DNA of 63,253 nt, filler included, from Dicyema japonicum (lineage: Eukaryota > Animalia > Dicyemida), in assembly GCA_011109175.1 (NCBI GenBank). It is 8 parts of 8 records of this genome, joined end to end, with 100 filler letters (N's around TTAATTAATTAA, not from the genome) between each part and the next. Parts side by side here need not be neighbours in the genome. Positions count along the whole stretch, not along the records: positions 60,030 to 63,253 come from RDEW01000047.1; 7 more parts are not named here. One strand, given 5' to 3'. Shown in pieces: positions 61,801 through 63,253 of this stretch. A program made the position numbers and the translations under genes. The stretch's first letter is position 1, and every line of letters starts with the position of its first letter. The notes below the pieces were generated by a model, which worked only from the letters and a program-made list of their open reading frames with translations, ran no database searches and was not told the DNA's origin.

Positions 61801-63253
61801 TTTTTTATATAATTAATGTCCCCCACATTTGGCTTAACGATCATTTCTATAACGAATGTCCTTTATTTGTGATCGGAGGATCAGTAACTAATAACTCCCT
61901 GTCCCCCACAAGACTGACTTATCCGAGGTCCCTCAATTATGGCCTGAGTAGTCGAAACCAAATATTGTGGCATCTGATGTTTATTGCCAAAACCTATCGA
62001 ATCTGATGTCTCCTGAGGATGAAGACAGTTAGTGCAATGGAGATATCCCATAGAACACGAGGACTACATCACCAGCTCAACCAATAATGACTTTTTCGAC
62101 CAAAAATGTAATTGGAAGCTTTCGTGGACGGCAGAGAACTACGCCTTTTTCTGGTTGGATCAGGGTTATAACAAAATTGCAGGGAAGACAAAAACAGGGG
62201 ATGAACTCGATTATTTACAGAAGAGTGCAAGTTGATGTTGGGTGACAGAAACTGGTAGAAAGAAAATTAGAGGGTCAAAAAAAAGAAATTAAAGTTCTTA
62301 GCTAACAAAGTGATCTCAGACCAAAAAGGGATAGGATGAGTCCAGCGGATCGAGAGTCCTGTACTGCTCTTCTCTTTGGACATGGTATGCAGGGGCGTGC
62401 CTAGAGGAGACCACAGGGACAGCACACATAGAGGGCAGCAGATCCAAGCCATAAAGTTCACGTTATTCAACTATTCTCACATGGCAGACGATCAATTAGA
62501 TAAACAGGGGGAGCTCGGTAGACTGGCCGCCTTAAGGAGTTTTCGTCGTAATTCAATTAAAATAGGCTTTCATAATACTACAATTTCGCAGAACCAAGAG
62601 TCATCGCATGTTTAGTCAACAGGACACAACTTTACTGGGAAAGAGCCCGTTAACTAATGGTTGTGAGAATACCTAAATTCTATACCATTCGCAAGTGACC
62701 TGTGCAACCGATGGTGCAATGGCAAGGTCGGTGTTTATTCATTCTACTTACACAAGCACAATTTGATAGCAATGAATCTATATGTTGAACAGCATGAATG
62801 AATATAGTGGAATAATTAATAAAATTAAGTCAAGCAAATAACAAGACACAAAAATATAGCACCACATGGGGCCACGCGACGATAAAAAGCATCAATCACA
62901 GCCACATGATTACAAAAGATTACGTCACTTTGATTGATTGTAAAGGAATAATAATTATTATTAACTCCCAGGCTTACCATTGTAAGTCCAGCACAAACAG
63001 TCATAACTAACTAATCCAAGGAAGGAACCAAAGTTAGAACATCTGCTTGTGCCTACTTCTGCAGCTCTCTTCGGAAGCGGAAAGCCTGTATTGAAGTATT
63101 GGAAGATGGATTTGGTGTTTAAGCAGATGAAAAAAATAATTATTATTTTAAGCAACATTCATAAAATCATAGTAGCTATAATTTCACTTGTGCAGCATTC
63201 AAAACACTCCTCCGAACCAACTTCTTCCAACCTCCTCGATTGTAAGAGAGTTT

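Noticed and set aside
61925-61965. Hammerhead-like tggc..gtcgaaac
   Set aside because: Lacks CUGANGA and lies within probable coding sequence.
1-63253. CRISPR arrays, rRNA genes, intact tRNA genes, prokaryotic defence systems
   Set aside because: None seen. The sequence is intron-containing eukaryotic DNA, and the repeats lack unique spacers.

Overview
AT-rich eukaryotic nuclear scaffold with ultra-short GT-AG introns (mostly 22-25 nt, mode 23). A motile-cilia gene is present, so this is probably a reduced ciliated metazoan such as a dicyemid mesozoan (inference only). Genes rebuilt by hand: a LAMP-family protein, an XPNPEP3 pseudogene, ferritin, a long coiled-coil protein, DNAI3/WDR63, RagA/B, a tetraspanin, and a class I Rab11-FIP-like protein that carries an internal Sec5/EXOC2-type IPT domain. 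From about 26.5 to 49.6 kb there is a locally amplified cassette in tandem and inverted copies. It encodes an unrecognised family of ~100-aa proteins (five spliced genes of two types sharing an intron position). The rest is nested TE debris (RTE, Jockey/I-like, CRE-like, R4/Dong-like, pogo/Tigger, hAT, gypsy). The assembly has clear artefacts: N gaps with a TTAATTAATTAA linker, many 60-260 bp near-identical tandem duplications, and dense homopolymer-length frameshifts at 12.8-21.2 kb. All homology calls come from remembered motif comparison, not database searches.
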